Shown one piece after another: positions 1 to 8,614 of a stretch of 33,342 nucleotides of DNA; the first letter of the stretch is position 1; each line of letters begins with the position of its first letter. Both the position numbers and the translations under genes were made by a program. The notes under the pieces are model-generated. The model ran no database searches and had not been told where the DNA came from. It saw only the letters and a list, made by a program, of their open reading frames with translations. Source of the stretch: a virus (Duplodnaviria; Caudoviricetes); IMG/VR virus record IMGVR_UViG_3300037851_000691, positions 1 to 33,342 of that record; one strand, written 5' to 3'.

Positions 1-2
1 GT

Positions 3-254
3 GAGCCGACTCCCTTCGGGGCCGGCGCTATCGCAACCGGCCTCCGTGAAAAGCTCGGCGGCTTCTCGATGATTGACCTCGCAACGGTCATGGTCAATGG
101 CCACGGCTATATTAGCATCGAGCATGGCGACGGCTATAGCGTGGTGAAATACCCATATCAGGCCGTGCGCTTGACCAATCCGGCGGACATCGCCGCGCTG
201 AAAGCGTGGCAGGCGGACAATCAGTTTGACGCCCCGGCAGTGATCGAGTTCTGA
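3..254 (+). CDS. Hypothetical protein, probably 5'-truncated by the window edge
   Basis: The frame of ORF 69..254 is open back to base 3 (EPTPFGAGAIATGLREKLGGFSMIDL...); stop lies 4 nt before the methyltransferase start. Confidence 0.6.
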   Translation, partial: EPTPFGAGAIATGLREKLGGFSMIDLATVMVNGHGYISIEHGDGYSVVKYPYQAVRLTNPADIAALKAWQADNQFDAPAVIEF

Positions 255-258
255 TTAC

Positions 259-1512
259 ATGCTGAAAAACCTAGACAAAGCGCCGTTCCCGTGGTTCGGC
301 GGCAAGAGTCAAGCCGCGCCGTTGGTTTGGCAACTGTTGGGCGACGTGAGTCACTACGTCGAGCCGTTCTTCGGCAGTGGGGCGGTGCTGCTGAATCGGC
401 CCCATCCCGCCAACCGGACGTACTTCTCGGAGACCATCAACGACCTGGACGGCTTCGTCGTCAACTTCTGGCGCGCCGTGCAATGGTACCCGGAGCAAAC
501 GGCAGCGGCGGCGTCCTGGCCAGTGACCGAAGCCGACAAATCGGCGCGCCAGTTGGCGGTGTTGCGCTGGTTGGACAGTGCGCTTGACCGGCTGGCGGGC
601 GACGCCGCGTACTGCGACCCGGTGATCGCGGGCTGGTGGGCCTGGGCCGTGTGTGTGCAAATCGGCGCATTCGACGGCAAGCAAGGCTGGACCGCCGATC
701 CGGTGACGGGGCAGATTTACTTGCAACCGCGCGGCAAAACGCGCGAGCCGGGGGTGAAGCGCGACAGGCCACACCTGAACAACGATGGGGTGGGTGTGAA
801 TCGGCCACAGCTACGCGAGCCGGGGGTGCGGCGCAACCTGCCGCACCTGGCCGACAATGGGCAAGGCGTGAATGCGCCACAGCTGCGCGAGCCGGGGGTG
901 TTGGACCCGATCACCCCGGCGCATGGAGTTTCAGCTCTGGATGTCCTGGACTGGGGCGCGGAGTTCCACGATTTGACGATGCCGGAGATCATCCGCTGGT
1001 TCCGCTACCTGTCGGCGCGCCTGCGTCGTGTGCGCGTGGTCAACGGTGACTGGCAGCGCGTTTGCACAGCCGGCGCGCTGAGGACGCTCGAAGTGCGTAT
1101 GAAGCACGGCGTCGTTGGCGTGTTCCTCGATCCGCCCTACGGGACAGACGCCAGGCGCGCCCAGGCGCTGTACGCCGTGGATTCGCTCACCGTAGCTGAC
1201 GCCGTGCGGGATTGGTGCCTCGCCAATGGGGACGATCCCGACCTGCGCATTGTGCTGGCTGGCTTCGACGGCGAACACGGCGCGGCTTTGCAGGCGGCGG
1301 GCTGGCGTGAGCATGCGTGGTATAAGGGCGGCTTCCTACGGGGCGGCATGGGGAACATAAATCACAACGGCACACACCAGCAACATCGGGAGCGCTTGTG
1401 GTCGTCGCCGCATTGTCTGCATGACGGTGCGCCCGTGCCGGTCAACGGCGCGGAGGACGCCGCACAAGAAGAGTATTTGCCGCTATTGCAAGAGGCAGAC
1501 GATGCCGCTTGA
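259..1512 (+). CDS. DNA adenine methyltransferase (Dam/D12-class N6-adenine MTase)
   Basis: PFPWFGGKS, YVEPFFGSGAV (SAM-binding), INDLD and catalytic FLDPPY motifs in Dam-family order. Confidence 0.9.
   Translation: MLKNLDKAPFPWFGGKSQAAPLVWQLLGDVSHYVEPFFGSGAVLLNRPHPANRTYFSETINDLDGFVVNFWRAVQWYPEQTAAAASWPVTEADKSARQLAVLRWLDSALDRLAGDAAYCDPVIAGWWAWAVCVQIGAFDGKQGWTADPVTGQIYLQPRGKTREPGVKRDRPHLNNDGVGVNRPQLREPGVRRNLPHLADNGQGVNAPQLREPGVLDPITPAHGVSALDVLDWGAEFHDLTMPEIIRWFRYLSARLRRVRVVNGDWQRVCTAGALRTLEVRMKHGVVGVFLDPPYGTDARRAQALYAVDSLTVADAVRDWCLANGDDPDLRIVLAGFDGEHGAALQAAGWREHAWYKGGFLRGGMGNINHNGTHQQHRERLWSSPHCLHDGAPVPVNGAEDAAQEEYLPLLQEADDAA
742..900 (+). repeat. 72-bp (24-aa) in-frame tandem repeat within the methyltransferase
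   Basis: CGCGAGCCGGGGGTG (REPGV) starts at 742, 814 and 886; intervening PHLxxxGxGVNxPQL is conserved. Confidence 0.9.
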
Positions 1513-1927
1513 CTTCACCCTGGGGCGACCGCTGCCGGCGGGCCTCGGCTACATCTCGCAGTGGTTCGGGGAGCACCCGGAGTGGTATAAGCGGTTTGGG
1601 CTGGCCGGCCACAACGGGATAGACTACGCCGCGCCGCTCGGTGCGCCGGTGTTGGCCGCCATCACGGGCGTGTGTGACACAGGCAACGACCCGGACGGCT
1701 ACGGCATCTGGGTTACGGTGAGCGATGGGCTGCGCCTGACACGCTATGCGCACTTGAGCCGCACGCTCGTGCGCGACGGGCAACTGGTGCAACGGGGGGA
1801 GAAGCTTGGGGAGGTGGGCGACACCGGCAACTCGACCGGGTCGCATCTGCATTTTGCCCTGCGCTGGGCGCGGGGCGTCAATCCGGCCTACGGGCATTAC
1901 GTAGACCCACACCCGTTTCGCGAGTAG
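1502..1927 (+). CDS. M23 family metallopeptidase (candidate endolysin)
   Basis: HNGIDY (HxxxD), YAHLS and GNSTGSHLHF (HxH) motifs; ATG at 1502 overlaps the end of the MTase. Confidence 0.9.
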   Translation: MPLDFTLGRPLPAGLGYISQWFGEHPEWYKRFGLAGHNGIDYAAPLGAPVLAAITGVCDTGNDPDGYGIWVTVSDGLRLTRYAHLSRTLVRDGQLVQRGEKLGEVGDTGNSTGSHLHFALRWARGVNPAYGHYVDPHPFRE

Positions 1928-1972
1928 CGGTGATCGGGTGCTAACTTGTTGTTAGGTGAGCATGGGGCATGC

Positions 1973-2007
1973 AAAGGCCCGGCGTCTACGCGCCGGGCCT
2001 TTTCTTT
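1973..2007. terminator. Intrinsic terminator, probably bidirectional, between converging operons
   Basis: AAAGGCCCGGCG-loop-CGCCGGGCCTTT followed by TCTTT. Confidence 0.8.
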
Positions 2008-2071
2008 GTGCGGACGACCAACCTCGCCCTGGCGCGGCTCCACGGGCGCCAGGGCGAGGGAGGTGCGAAGG

Positions 2072-2365
2072 TCAGTCGTTCACCGGAGCAACCGGAACCA
2101 TTCTCAGGCTCCAATAGTCCGCGCAACGCGTGTCACAGTTGAGCATGTCGCCATTGAGGCGGCACTTCGCGCCGTTGGGCGGCAACACCTTGCCGGTGCC
2201 AGGCACCGGCCACGCTTCCACGCAGTCTACGTAATCCACTCCCACCGCGCACAGGCGGTAGAGCGGCGCTTCATCAGTCGGCGTGATGCCGACCACGCGG
2301 AACGTCGGTGTGACGCAGGCCACGGCGAACGCCAGTACAACGAGCGCGAACAGGACAATCTTCAT
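2072..2365 (-). CDS. Small Cys-rich putative lipoprotein/secreted protein
   Basis: MKIVLFALVVLAFAVAC signal/lipobox-like N-terminus; ATGA overlap with the upstream gene. Confidence 0.65.
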   Translation of the reverse strand: MKIVLFALVVLAFAVACVTPTFRVVGITPTDEAPLYRLCAVGVDYVDCVEAWPVPGTGKVLPPNGAKCRLNGDMLNCDTRCADYWSLRMVPVAPVND

Positions 2366-2814
2366 TTCCAAAATCCTTTCAGGTGTGAGAGAAGGCTCGT
2401 CTTGGGGCGGGGGCTCCACCAGCGGACGGGATCGGGTCCGACGAGCTCGGAAGCGACGGCTGGGGCGGCGGTGGAGGCGGGCGGCTTGTGCTTGCAGGTC
2501 ACTTCATGCCAGGATCCTTTCTCGGGTGGGCGGCGCATGGCCAGGCGGCGCCGCGCGGTGGCTTCGTTCTTCTCGCTGAACCAGCGCTCGACGTGCCAGC
2601 CGGCCCGGGCGGCGACGTACTGCGCCCAGTCGGCCTGGGCGTCACGGATGCGGATCGTGGCGCGCCAGAAGAGGGGGTGGTTGTCCTCTTTGTACACGTC
2701 CACGGAGACGCTCGAGCCGGGGAAGCGGTCGGTGGAGATCTGTTTGCGCACGCCGGTGGCGATCGCCTGACGGGAGGGCGCACATAGCGGGATGGCGACG
2801 GTGAAGGTTTTCAT
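2362..2814 (-). CDS. Hypothetical protein
   Basis: Coupled to neighbours by 4-nt overlaps at both ends. Confidence 0.7.
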   Translation of the reverse strand: MKTFTVAIPLCAPSRQAIATGVRKQISTDRFPGSSVSVDVYKEDNHPLFWRATIRIRDAQADWAQYVAARAGWHVERWFSEKNEATARRRLAMRRPPEKGSWHEVTCKHKPPASTAAPAVASELVGPDPVRWWSPRPKTSLLSHLKGFWK

Positions 2815-4388
2815 GCTGCGCTCCGTGATTTATAGCGGGGGTCGAGACCTCGGCGGCGGAGGGCCTCATTGATGCACTCGGCGGCGACGTAGTAGGCGCG
2901 ACCGCCGTCGTAGCCGAAGGTGTGGCGCTGGGCGGCCGAGAGGTTGCGGTCGGCGGCTAACCAGTTGTTATAGACCGTGGAGGCGAGCCACGGCGGCCAG
3001 TTGTCGGTGTCGGGTACGGGTATCGGTTTTCCGGTTCTGGCGGCCTCGTAGAGGGGGTCGGGGGCCGGGACGGGGGCCGGAATCGGTTCCAGAACCGCCT
3101 CCTGAACCGTTGAGGGCTGATCAGCAGAACCGAGGCCATCGGCTTCGGCATCGGCCGGGAGGGCCAGGCGGGGGCGGTAGATGGTCGAGTGGCGCAGGCT
3201 CTTGAGCTGGTTGGTGAGGGGAAACTGCACCCAGCCGTTGACCTGCGGGCAGTAGGCGCGCCCGATGGGCAGGTCGAGCAGCTGGTCGGTGACTTCCCGG
3301 CCGTAGACGGCGAAGCGGGCGGCCGTGGCGGTGTCCATGCGCATCATGAAGACGTGCGAGGCGTTGCGCATGAAGGCAGGGTCGAGGACGTCGGCGCGGG
3401 CGGTCTGGGTGCCGACGATGAACATAAAGCCGGCGTTGCGGCCCATGTTGACGAGGGCGCGCAGGCGCTTGCCGAACTCGCGGGCCAGGCGGGCGTCCGT
3501 GATGCTCAGATCGTCGGCGGCGGCCTCGGCCTCATCGACGACGACGACGACGTTGGGCGGGGCGTCGGGCCAGCGGTGATAGTCGGAGATTTTGAGCTCC
3601 TTCATCAGCTGGTCGCGGCGGTCCATCTCGGCGCGCAGGGCGACGACGGCGTCGAAGATCTCGCGGGGCTCGGAGATGACTTCGATGTCGGGCCAGTTGG
3701 AGGCGAAGCGGGAGAGGAAGATGTACTCGGCGCCGGGCAGGTTGCGCCGATAAGCCTCGATTATGTAGCGTAGCGTGTTGGTCTTGCCGCTGCCCTTCTT
3801 GCCGACGATCAGGGTGTCGGGGTTGTTCTGCGGATCGGGCTTGACGATGGCGCCGGGGTCGTAGTCCTGCGGGATGACCTCCGGCTCGGGGAGGAGCGCC
3901 TCGTCGTCGCGCGGGTTCATCAGGGCGCGGGCGACGCCGGCGGTGACGCGGCCGCGAGCGCCGAAGACGGCGTAGGCGACCTGGGCGTTGTGCTGGTTGG
4001 GCGCGGGCAGGAAGTAGGGCTCCGGGAGGGGCCGACCGGCGAGGGCGGCGGCCAGGTAGTCGGGCCAGCCCGGGCGGACGAGCAGGGAGGGCATCATGCC
4101 GCCTTGCAGCGGGTAGACGCGATCCACGCGGCGCAGGATGGCGCCGGCGACGGCGAGGGCGCCGATGGCGACGGCGACGCCGGTGCTGCTGACGGCGACG
4201 ACGCCGGCGCTGATGGCGGCCTGCTTGAGGACGAGCAGGTAGGGCTGGATGGCGGCGGACTGGGCCTGGTTGGCGGCCAGCGTCCAGGCGCGCATGGCCT
4301 GGACGGAGGGGTCGAGCTCGTAGACCAGGCGAGAGGCGCCGAGCAGGGCCAGGCCCACGGCGGCGACGGCGACGATGAACTCCTTCAT
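2811..4388 (-). CDS. Membrane-anchored FtsK/SpoIIIE/HerA-like P-loop ATPase
   Basis: Two N-terminal hydrophobic segments, Walker A GKKGSGKT, AEMDRR, Walker B VVVVDE, and GRNAG..IVGTQ motif typical of the FtsK/HerA superfamily. Confidence 0.85.
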   Translation of the reverse strand: MKEFIVAVAAVGLALLGASRLVYELDPSVQAMRAWTLAANQAQSAAIQPYLLVLKQAAISAGVVAVSSTGVAVAIGALAVAGAILRRVDRVYPLQGGMMPSLLVRPGWPDYLAAALAGRPLPEPYFLPAPNQHNAQVAYAVFGARGRVTAGVARALMNPRDDEALLPEPEVIPQDYDPGAIVKPDPQNNPDTLIVGKKGSGKTNTLRYIIEAYRRNLPGAEYIFLSRFASNWPDIEVISEPREIFDAVVALRAEMDRRDQLMKELKISDYHRWPDAPPNVVVVVDEAEAAADDLSITDARLAREFGKRLRALVNMGRNAGFMFIVGTQTARADVLDPAFMRNASHVFMMRMDTATAARFAVYGREVTDQLLDLPIGRAYCPQVNGWVQFPLTNQLKSLRHSTIYRPRLALPADAEADGLGSADQPSTVQEAVLEPIPAPVPAPDPLYEAARTGKPIPVPDTDNWPPWLASTVYNNWLAADRNLSAAQRHTFGYDGGRAYYVAAECINEALRRRGLDPRYKSRSAA

Positions 4389-4390
4389 GG

Positions 4391-4609
4391 CTACCTCTCA
4401 GGGGGCGACCCCACAGGGATGGGGCCGACGAAGAGCACGCCGAGGAATTCGGCGATGAAGGCGGGCGGGACGCCGAAGCGGGTTTCGAACTTGCGGGCGG
4501 CGGCGTCCTCGTCCTGGTCCAGGGTGAAGCCGAGCCAGCGGTGGGAGCGCAGGAGCTCCGGCGATGGGACGGCGGTCTCCGGGAAGGCGAGGGGGAGCTG
4601 GGCGGTCAT
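4391..4609 (-). CDS. Hypothetical protein (MTAQLPLAF...)
   Basis: ATG at 4609 overlaps the stop of the upstream gene; ends 2 nt before the FtsK-like start. Confidence 0.65.
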   Translation of the reverse strand: MTAQLPLAFPETAVPSPELLRSHRWLGFTLDQDEDAAARKFETRFGVPPAFIAEFLGVLFVGPIPVGSPPER

Positions 4610-4722
4610 CGGGAATCGTCCTCTTCGAGGCAGAGCTCGTCCAGGTAGTGGAGACAGAGCCCGATGATGATGAGGGCGCCGGTCAGGACGCCGAAGGCGT
4701 AGGCCACAAGGAAGGGGATCAT
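4606..4722 (-). CDS. Small single-pass membrane protein (38 aa)
   Basis: MIPFLVAYAFGVLTGALIIIGLCLHYLDE...; ATGA overlaps on both sides. Confidence 0.6.
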   Translation of the reverse strand: MIPFLVAYAFGVLTGALIIIGLCLHYLDELCLEEDDSR

Positions 4723-5279
4723 GCATCCTCCAGGAGCGCGGTGAGCAGTTGCTCCCAGGTGAGGGAGCGGGCGGTGCGGATGGCGTTGAGGCGGGCCCAG
4801 ACGGGCCGGTCGAGGGTGATGCTGCTTCTGGGTCGGGCGGGGCGGGCGGCGGGCGGTGTTGGGGCTGTAACGGGGGTTACAGCGGATTCTGGCGCCGGGT
4901 CGAGCACGGTGACGCCGGAGTTGACGTGCACGGTGATGGGTTGGGGGTCGGCGATGATGACGATCCGGTCGGCGAGCTGATCGCCGATGCGGTAGACGAC
5001 GGCGTCGGGCGAGATGCCGGCGACGGCCTCCTCGACGGAGAGGGGCAGCGCGGGGAGGCCGACGGCGCGGCGCAGATCGTTGCGGTCCTGGCGGGCGAGG
5101 TGGGCTTCGCCGCGCTCGTATTTCGACCACCAGGCGAAGGAGCGGCCGGAGCCGATGACGTGGGCGAACTCGCGCAGGGTGGTCTTGCTGCGCAGCTCGT
5201 CGTAGATCTCGCGATAGTCGGCGGCGGTGAGGTTCTCGCTGGCGGCGGCGTCACGGGTCAGGATCTGGATGGCGGGCAT
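4719..5279 (-). CDS. Putative DNA-binding protein (N-terminal HTH-like, C-terminal ribbon-helix-helix-like)
   Basis: TLREFAHVIGSGRSFAWWSKYERG resembles an XRE HTH; SSITLDRPVWARLNAIRTARSLTWEQLLTALL resembles CopG-type RHH. Confidence 0.6.
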   Translation of the reverse strand: MPAIQILTRDAAASENLTAADYREIYDELRSKTTLREFAHVIGSGRSFAWWSKYERGEAHLARQDRNDLRRAVGLPALPLSVEEAVAGISPDAVVYRIGDQLADRIVIIADPQPITVHVNSGVTVLDPAPESAVTPVTAPTPPAARPARPRSSITLDRPVWARLNAIRTARSLTWEQLLTALLEDA

Positions 5280-5286
5280 GGCGGCC

Positions 5287-5484
5287 TCAGTGCGTTTTCT
5301 GTAGCTCGGAGAACAGATCATCCGGGCAGTCGGGGATCCGGCCGCCGAGCAACGCTGGGCGGTGCTCGCCGGCGGCGTCGTAGAGGCGGGCCAGCTCGAC
5401 CTGGAGCGCCTGCATGTACGGGTTGCCGGATTGCGCGGCGCACACGACGTGATAGATGGCGATGGTGACGTTGTCGGGTTGCAT
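5287..5484 (-). CDS. Hypothetical protein (MQPDNVT...)
   Basis: AGGAG RBS upstream of ATG at 5484; fits operon packing. Confidence 0.6.
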   Translation of the reverse strand: MQPDNVTIAIYHVVCAAQSGNPYMQALQVELARLYDAAGEHRPALLGGRIPDCPDDLFSELQKTH

Positions 5485-5495
5485 GGCGTCGGCTC

Positions 5496-5762
5496 CTAAG
5501 ATGTTGTTAGGTGCGCTGCCGGTGTAGCGGCTGCGGTTGGGCCTGTAACGGGGGTTACAAGGCAACCCTGGTGGAGAGCGAGGAGCGCCATGAACAGGCC
5601 GTTGAGCAGGGCGATGGCCAGGCCGCCACCGATCAGGTAGACGACGAAGACGCCGAAGCCGGGGATGTAGCCGAGCCGGAGCGCGCTGTGCAGGGCCAGG
5701 GCGCCGATGGCGATCTGGGCGGCGAAGGCCAGGCCGCAGATGCGGTAGAGGGTCGGGCTCAT
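5496..5762 (-). CDS. Small membrane protein (two hydrophobic segments)
   Basis: Two long hydrophobic stretches; 4-nt overlap with the upstream gene. Confidence 0.65.
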   Translation of the reverse strand: MSPTLYRICGLAFAAQIAIGALALHSALRLGYIPGFGVFVVYLIGGGLAIALLNGLFMALLALHQGCLVTPVTGPTAAATPAAHLTTS

Positions 5763-5998
5763 TCCGTCACCTCGTCATCGGAGATATCGTAGAGCTGGCC
5801 GATCTTCGGCTGAACATCGGGGACCGGACGGGTGCAGCTACGGATGTGGATGATGCGGTCGCCGCGGTCGGTGGCCACCAGGATGCGATCAGCGGAGGCC
5901 GGCTGGATGTAGGTGACGGGGATGGTGTAGCGACGAGCCGGCCGCCGGTAGAGGAGGCGCTCGCCGGGCGTGAGCTGCGGGATGTCAGCGGGTTTCAT
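5759..5998 (-). CDS. Hypothetical protein (MKPADIPQLTPG...)
   Basis: ATGA-coupled on both sides. Confidence 0.65.
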   Translation of the reverse strand: MKPADIPQLTPGERLLYRRPARRYTIPVTYIQPASADRILVATDRGDRIIHIRSCTRPVPDVQPKIGQLYDISDDEVTE

Positions 5999-6267
5999 CG
6001 GGTCTTGTCCTCTTCGTGGATCAGGTAGACGGCGGTGTCGCCGTCGAGGCGGGTGTAGGTGGGCAGGAAGCGGGCGAGCGTGTCCGGGTCCAGCTCGTCG
6101 GGGCGGATGCCGCGGGCGGCGGCGAGCTGCTCGAGGCGGCGCCACTTGCGGGCGGGGTCGATGGCGTAGGCGAGGGCCATGCGGTCGGTCTGCCAGCCGG
6201 CGTTGATCTCAGCGAGCAGGCCGTTGAGGCGGGCGATCTCGGTGTGCGGGTCGAAGCGGTCGGTCAT
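5995..6267 (-). CDS. Hypothetical protein (MTDRFDPHTE...; alternative start 6312)
   Basis: GGAG upstream of ATG 6267; typical codon usage. Confidence 0.65.
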   Translation of the reverse strand: MTDRFDPHTEIARLNGLLAEINAGWQTDRMALAYAIDPARKWRRLEQLAAARGIRPDELDPDTLARFLPTYTRLDGDTAVYLIHEEDKTR

Positions 6268-6392
6268 TGTCTCACTCCCTGTCACTGTTCCAACTGTCTC
6301 ACGGTTTTCCACCCATCAGAGGGGGTGTGTTAAAACAGTGAACTATTGATACTGTTGGGACTGCTGCGGTCTCGGCGGCCGCTGAAGGCCGC

Positions 6393-7736
6393 TTACGGTG
6401 CGTCGTCCTCGGTCTGAGAAGGCAAGCGCCAGCAGTTGGACGGGCTCTTGCGGCCGGTGGTGTTGACGATGGCGCCGGTGTTCAGGAGCTCATCGTAGGC
6501 GCGGTAGATGGTGGCGCGGGAGAAACCGGCGTCCCGGGCGGCGGCGACGGCGTCCTTCGGCGAGACGGGCTCGCCGGCGGCTTCGAGGTAAGAGAGGAGC
6601 CACTCCTCGGCGGTGTCGCGCTCGGTGGGGGCCTGGTAGCGTTTCGGCGCGTTGGCCGACCACTCGATGCGGACGCCGGAGGTGGGGTCGCCGGCGACGA
6701 TCGGCTCGAGGGTGAGGCCGAGCGGGGCGGGGGCGGCCGAGATGTTGGTCTTGATGACCTGGAGCTTGCGGGGGCCGTTGGCGTCCGGTTCGGGGCCGGT
6801 CTGGACGGCGGAGAGTCCCCAGATGACGCGGGCCATGGCGGCCAGGTGGCCGGAGCCGCGCACCATGTCCATGTCCATGTCGCCGTCGCCGAGGAGGGAG
6901 AGCTGCTGGCCGAGCTTGCGCAGGTGATGGATCAGCAGGATCGGCACCTCGTAGTTGACGGCCAGGCCGTTGAGGAAGGCCATGATGTCACGGACCTCCT
7001 CGACGGCGTTCTCGGAGCGGCGGGTGATGGAGCCGAGCGAGTCGATGACGATGAGGCGGGGGAAGACGCGCCGGGTCATGGAGACGAGGCGCTCCTGCCA
7101 GGTCTCGGGCGGGACGCTGTCCTCGATGATGGCGGTCGGGTCGCTGAGGTCGATGATGGGGTCCTTCTCGGTGGGGAGAAGGGGGAAGATGCGGTCACGC
7201 GCCATGGCCCATGCCTGGGCGCGCTCGTTGAGGGTGGTCGGGTTGTTCTCGCCCTCGACCCAGATGACGGCGCCGTGGCCGACGACGGGCGCACCGTCGG
7301 GCCAGACGTCGCCGCCGATGGCGCGGTTGGCGATGTCGAGGGCGACGAGGGACTTGCCGGAGCCGGGGCGGGCGGCCAGGATGGTGATCATGCCGACGGG
7401 GAGCCAGCCCTGCCAGAGCCAGGAAACGGGCCGCAGGTCGCGGGCGATGTCTTCCAGGGTGGGCAGGTTGGTGTCGTAGAGGAGGCAGGCCTCCAGATCG
7501 CGGATGAGGCGCGCCTGGCGCTCGTCGACGAAGAGCGGGCCCATCTCGCGCAGGACCTCTTTGCGATAGTCGTCATCAGCGGCTCCGGCGGCAGGTTGAT
7601 CGCCGCGGCGGAGCCAGTCGAAGATTTGCCAGAGGTGCGGGTCGAATTCTTCCCGCGTCAGGCGCTCGTAGTCGGTGACGGCGCCTGCTACGTAGCCGTG
7701 GATGATTTCGAATTGGCGGCGCTTTGAGAGCGGCAT
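6393..7736 (-). CDS. AAA-family ATPase / RepA-like replicative helicase with C-terminal HTH
   Basis: WLWQGWLPVG, Walker A ARPGSGKS, Walker B LIVIDS, LLIHH, RGSG motifs; C-terminal GFSRATIYRA helix; AAGGA RBS. Confidence 0.85.
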   Translation of the reverse strand: MPLSKRRQFEIIHGYVAGAVTDYERLTREEFDPHLWQIFDWLRRGDQPAAGAADDDYRKEVLREMGPLFVDERQARLIRDLEACLLYDTNLPTLEDIARDLRPVSWLWQGWLPVGMITILAARPGSGKSLVALDIANRAIGGDVWPDGAPVVGHGAVIWVEGENNPTTLNERAQAWAMARDRIFPLLPTEKDPIIDLSDPTAIIEDSVPPETWQERLVSMTRRVFPRLIVIDSLGSITRRSENAVEEVRDIMAFLNGLAVNYEVPILLIHHLRKLGQQLSLLGDGDMDMDMVRGSGHLAAMARVIWGLSAVQTGPEPDANGPRKLQVIKTNISAAPAPLGLTLEPIVAGDPTSGVRIEWSANAPKRYQAPTERDTAEEWLLSYLEAAGEPVSPKDAVAAARDAGFSRATIYRAYDELLNTGAIVNTTGRKSPSNCWRLPSQTEDDAP

Positions 7737-7756
7737 TGTGCTGTGTCCTTCCGAAC

Positions 7757-7770
7757 CGAACGGGTGTTCA
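7757..7770. promoter_or_regulatory. Candidate LexA (GAAC-N4-GTTC) box upstream of the helicase gene
   Basis: CGAAC-GGGT-GTTCA about 20 bp upstream of the start codon at 7736. Confidence 0.5.
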
Positions 7771-7808
7771 ACCTTTGCGCGATGTCGCGCCGGCGGCCGT
7801 TTTGGGCA

Positions 7809-7841
7809 GTTCGTCCGCTAATAACGTATTAGCGGACGAAC
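7809..7841. repeat. Perfect 15-bp inverted repeat containing a CTAA-N7-TTAG site
   Basis: GTTCGTCCGCTAATA-acg-TATTAGCGGACGAAC, intergenic. Confidence 0.9.
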
Positions 7842-7847
7842 AAAGCG

Positions 7848-7946
7848 CTACCACCGCTCGACGATCATGACGAGGGTGATGATGAACAGGATCAGGATGA
7901 CGAGATTCAGGCAGCCCTGCCAGCGGATGCGGGTGGTGGGTTCCAT
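7848..7946 (-). CDS. Small single-pass membrane protein (32 aa)
   Basis: MEPTTRIRWQGCLNLVILILFIITLVMIVERW, preceded by GAGGAG RBS. Confidence 0.6.
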   Translation of the reverse strand: MEPTTRIRWQGCLNLVILILFIITLVMIVERW

Positions 7947-7953
7947 GGTCTCC

Positions 7954-8169
7954 TCACAGGGTGTACTCGCCGGGCCGCAGCACTTCGACGGCGGGGACGA
8001 GGTCGGTGGAGCCGCAATAGACGCAGTGCTTTTCGCGATCGTGGGCGCCGAACGGATCGAGAATCGTGCCCTCGGCGCCGCAGCGGCGACACCAGAGCTC
8101 CTCGACGTGGATGTGGAGCGGGGTTCGCGTGACGCGAATGGGCGAGAGCGGGACAAAGCCAGATCTCAT
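7954..8169 (-). CDS. Small zinc-ribbon protein
   Basis: CRRC...CVYC pair; ATGA overlap with the upstream gene. Confidence 0.65.
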   Translation of the reverse strand: MRSGFVPLSPIRVTRTPLHIHVEELWCRRCGAEGTILDPFGAHDREKHCVYCGSTDLVPAVEVLRPGEYTL

Positions 8170-8603
8170 TGCGCGGTCTCCGCTTCTGCGGGGGTGGCGC
8201 GCCGGAAGCTGTCGGTGTCCTGGTCGTAGGTGAAAATGTCGGTCCCGCCGTCGATGAAGAGATAATCCTGCGGCGTGGCGATGCTGGCGATGTTGACGGA
8301 GAACTCGTTGTCGCGCAGCCAATCGAGGATGATCTCGAAGGCGACGCAGGCTTTCTTGATCGTGTTGGTGTATTCGGCTTCATCCACCGGCCGGCCGTTG
8401 TGCACCAGCGACGCGCTGACCGGGATGCGCAAGTAGTGGACCAGGTCCTCGGTCGGGACGGGCTGGGCGATGACGATGACTAGACTACCTACGTGTAGGC
8501 CACGTGGTTCCTTTTCAAGGATGAGGTTGGCGTAGATGGGCTGCAACCAGTCGATGGCCTTGGTGAAGTCGTCCAGGGTGGGGTAGCCGATGTAGATGGT
8601 CAT
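8166..8603 (-). CDS. Hypothetical protein (MTIYIGYPTL...)
   Basis: AAAGGAG RBS before ATG 8603. Confidence 0.7.
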   Translation of the reverse strand: MTIYIGYPTLDDFTKAIDWLQPIYANLILEKEPRGLHVGSLVIVIAQPVPTEDLVHYLRIPVSASLVHNGRPVDEAEYTNTIKKACVAFEIILDWLRDNEFSVNIASIATPQDYLFIDGGTDIFTYDQDTDSFRRATPAEAETAQ

Positions 8604-8614
8604 GGTGACTCCTT

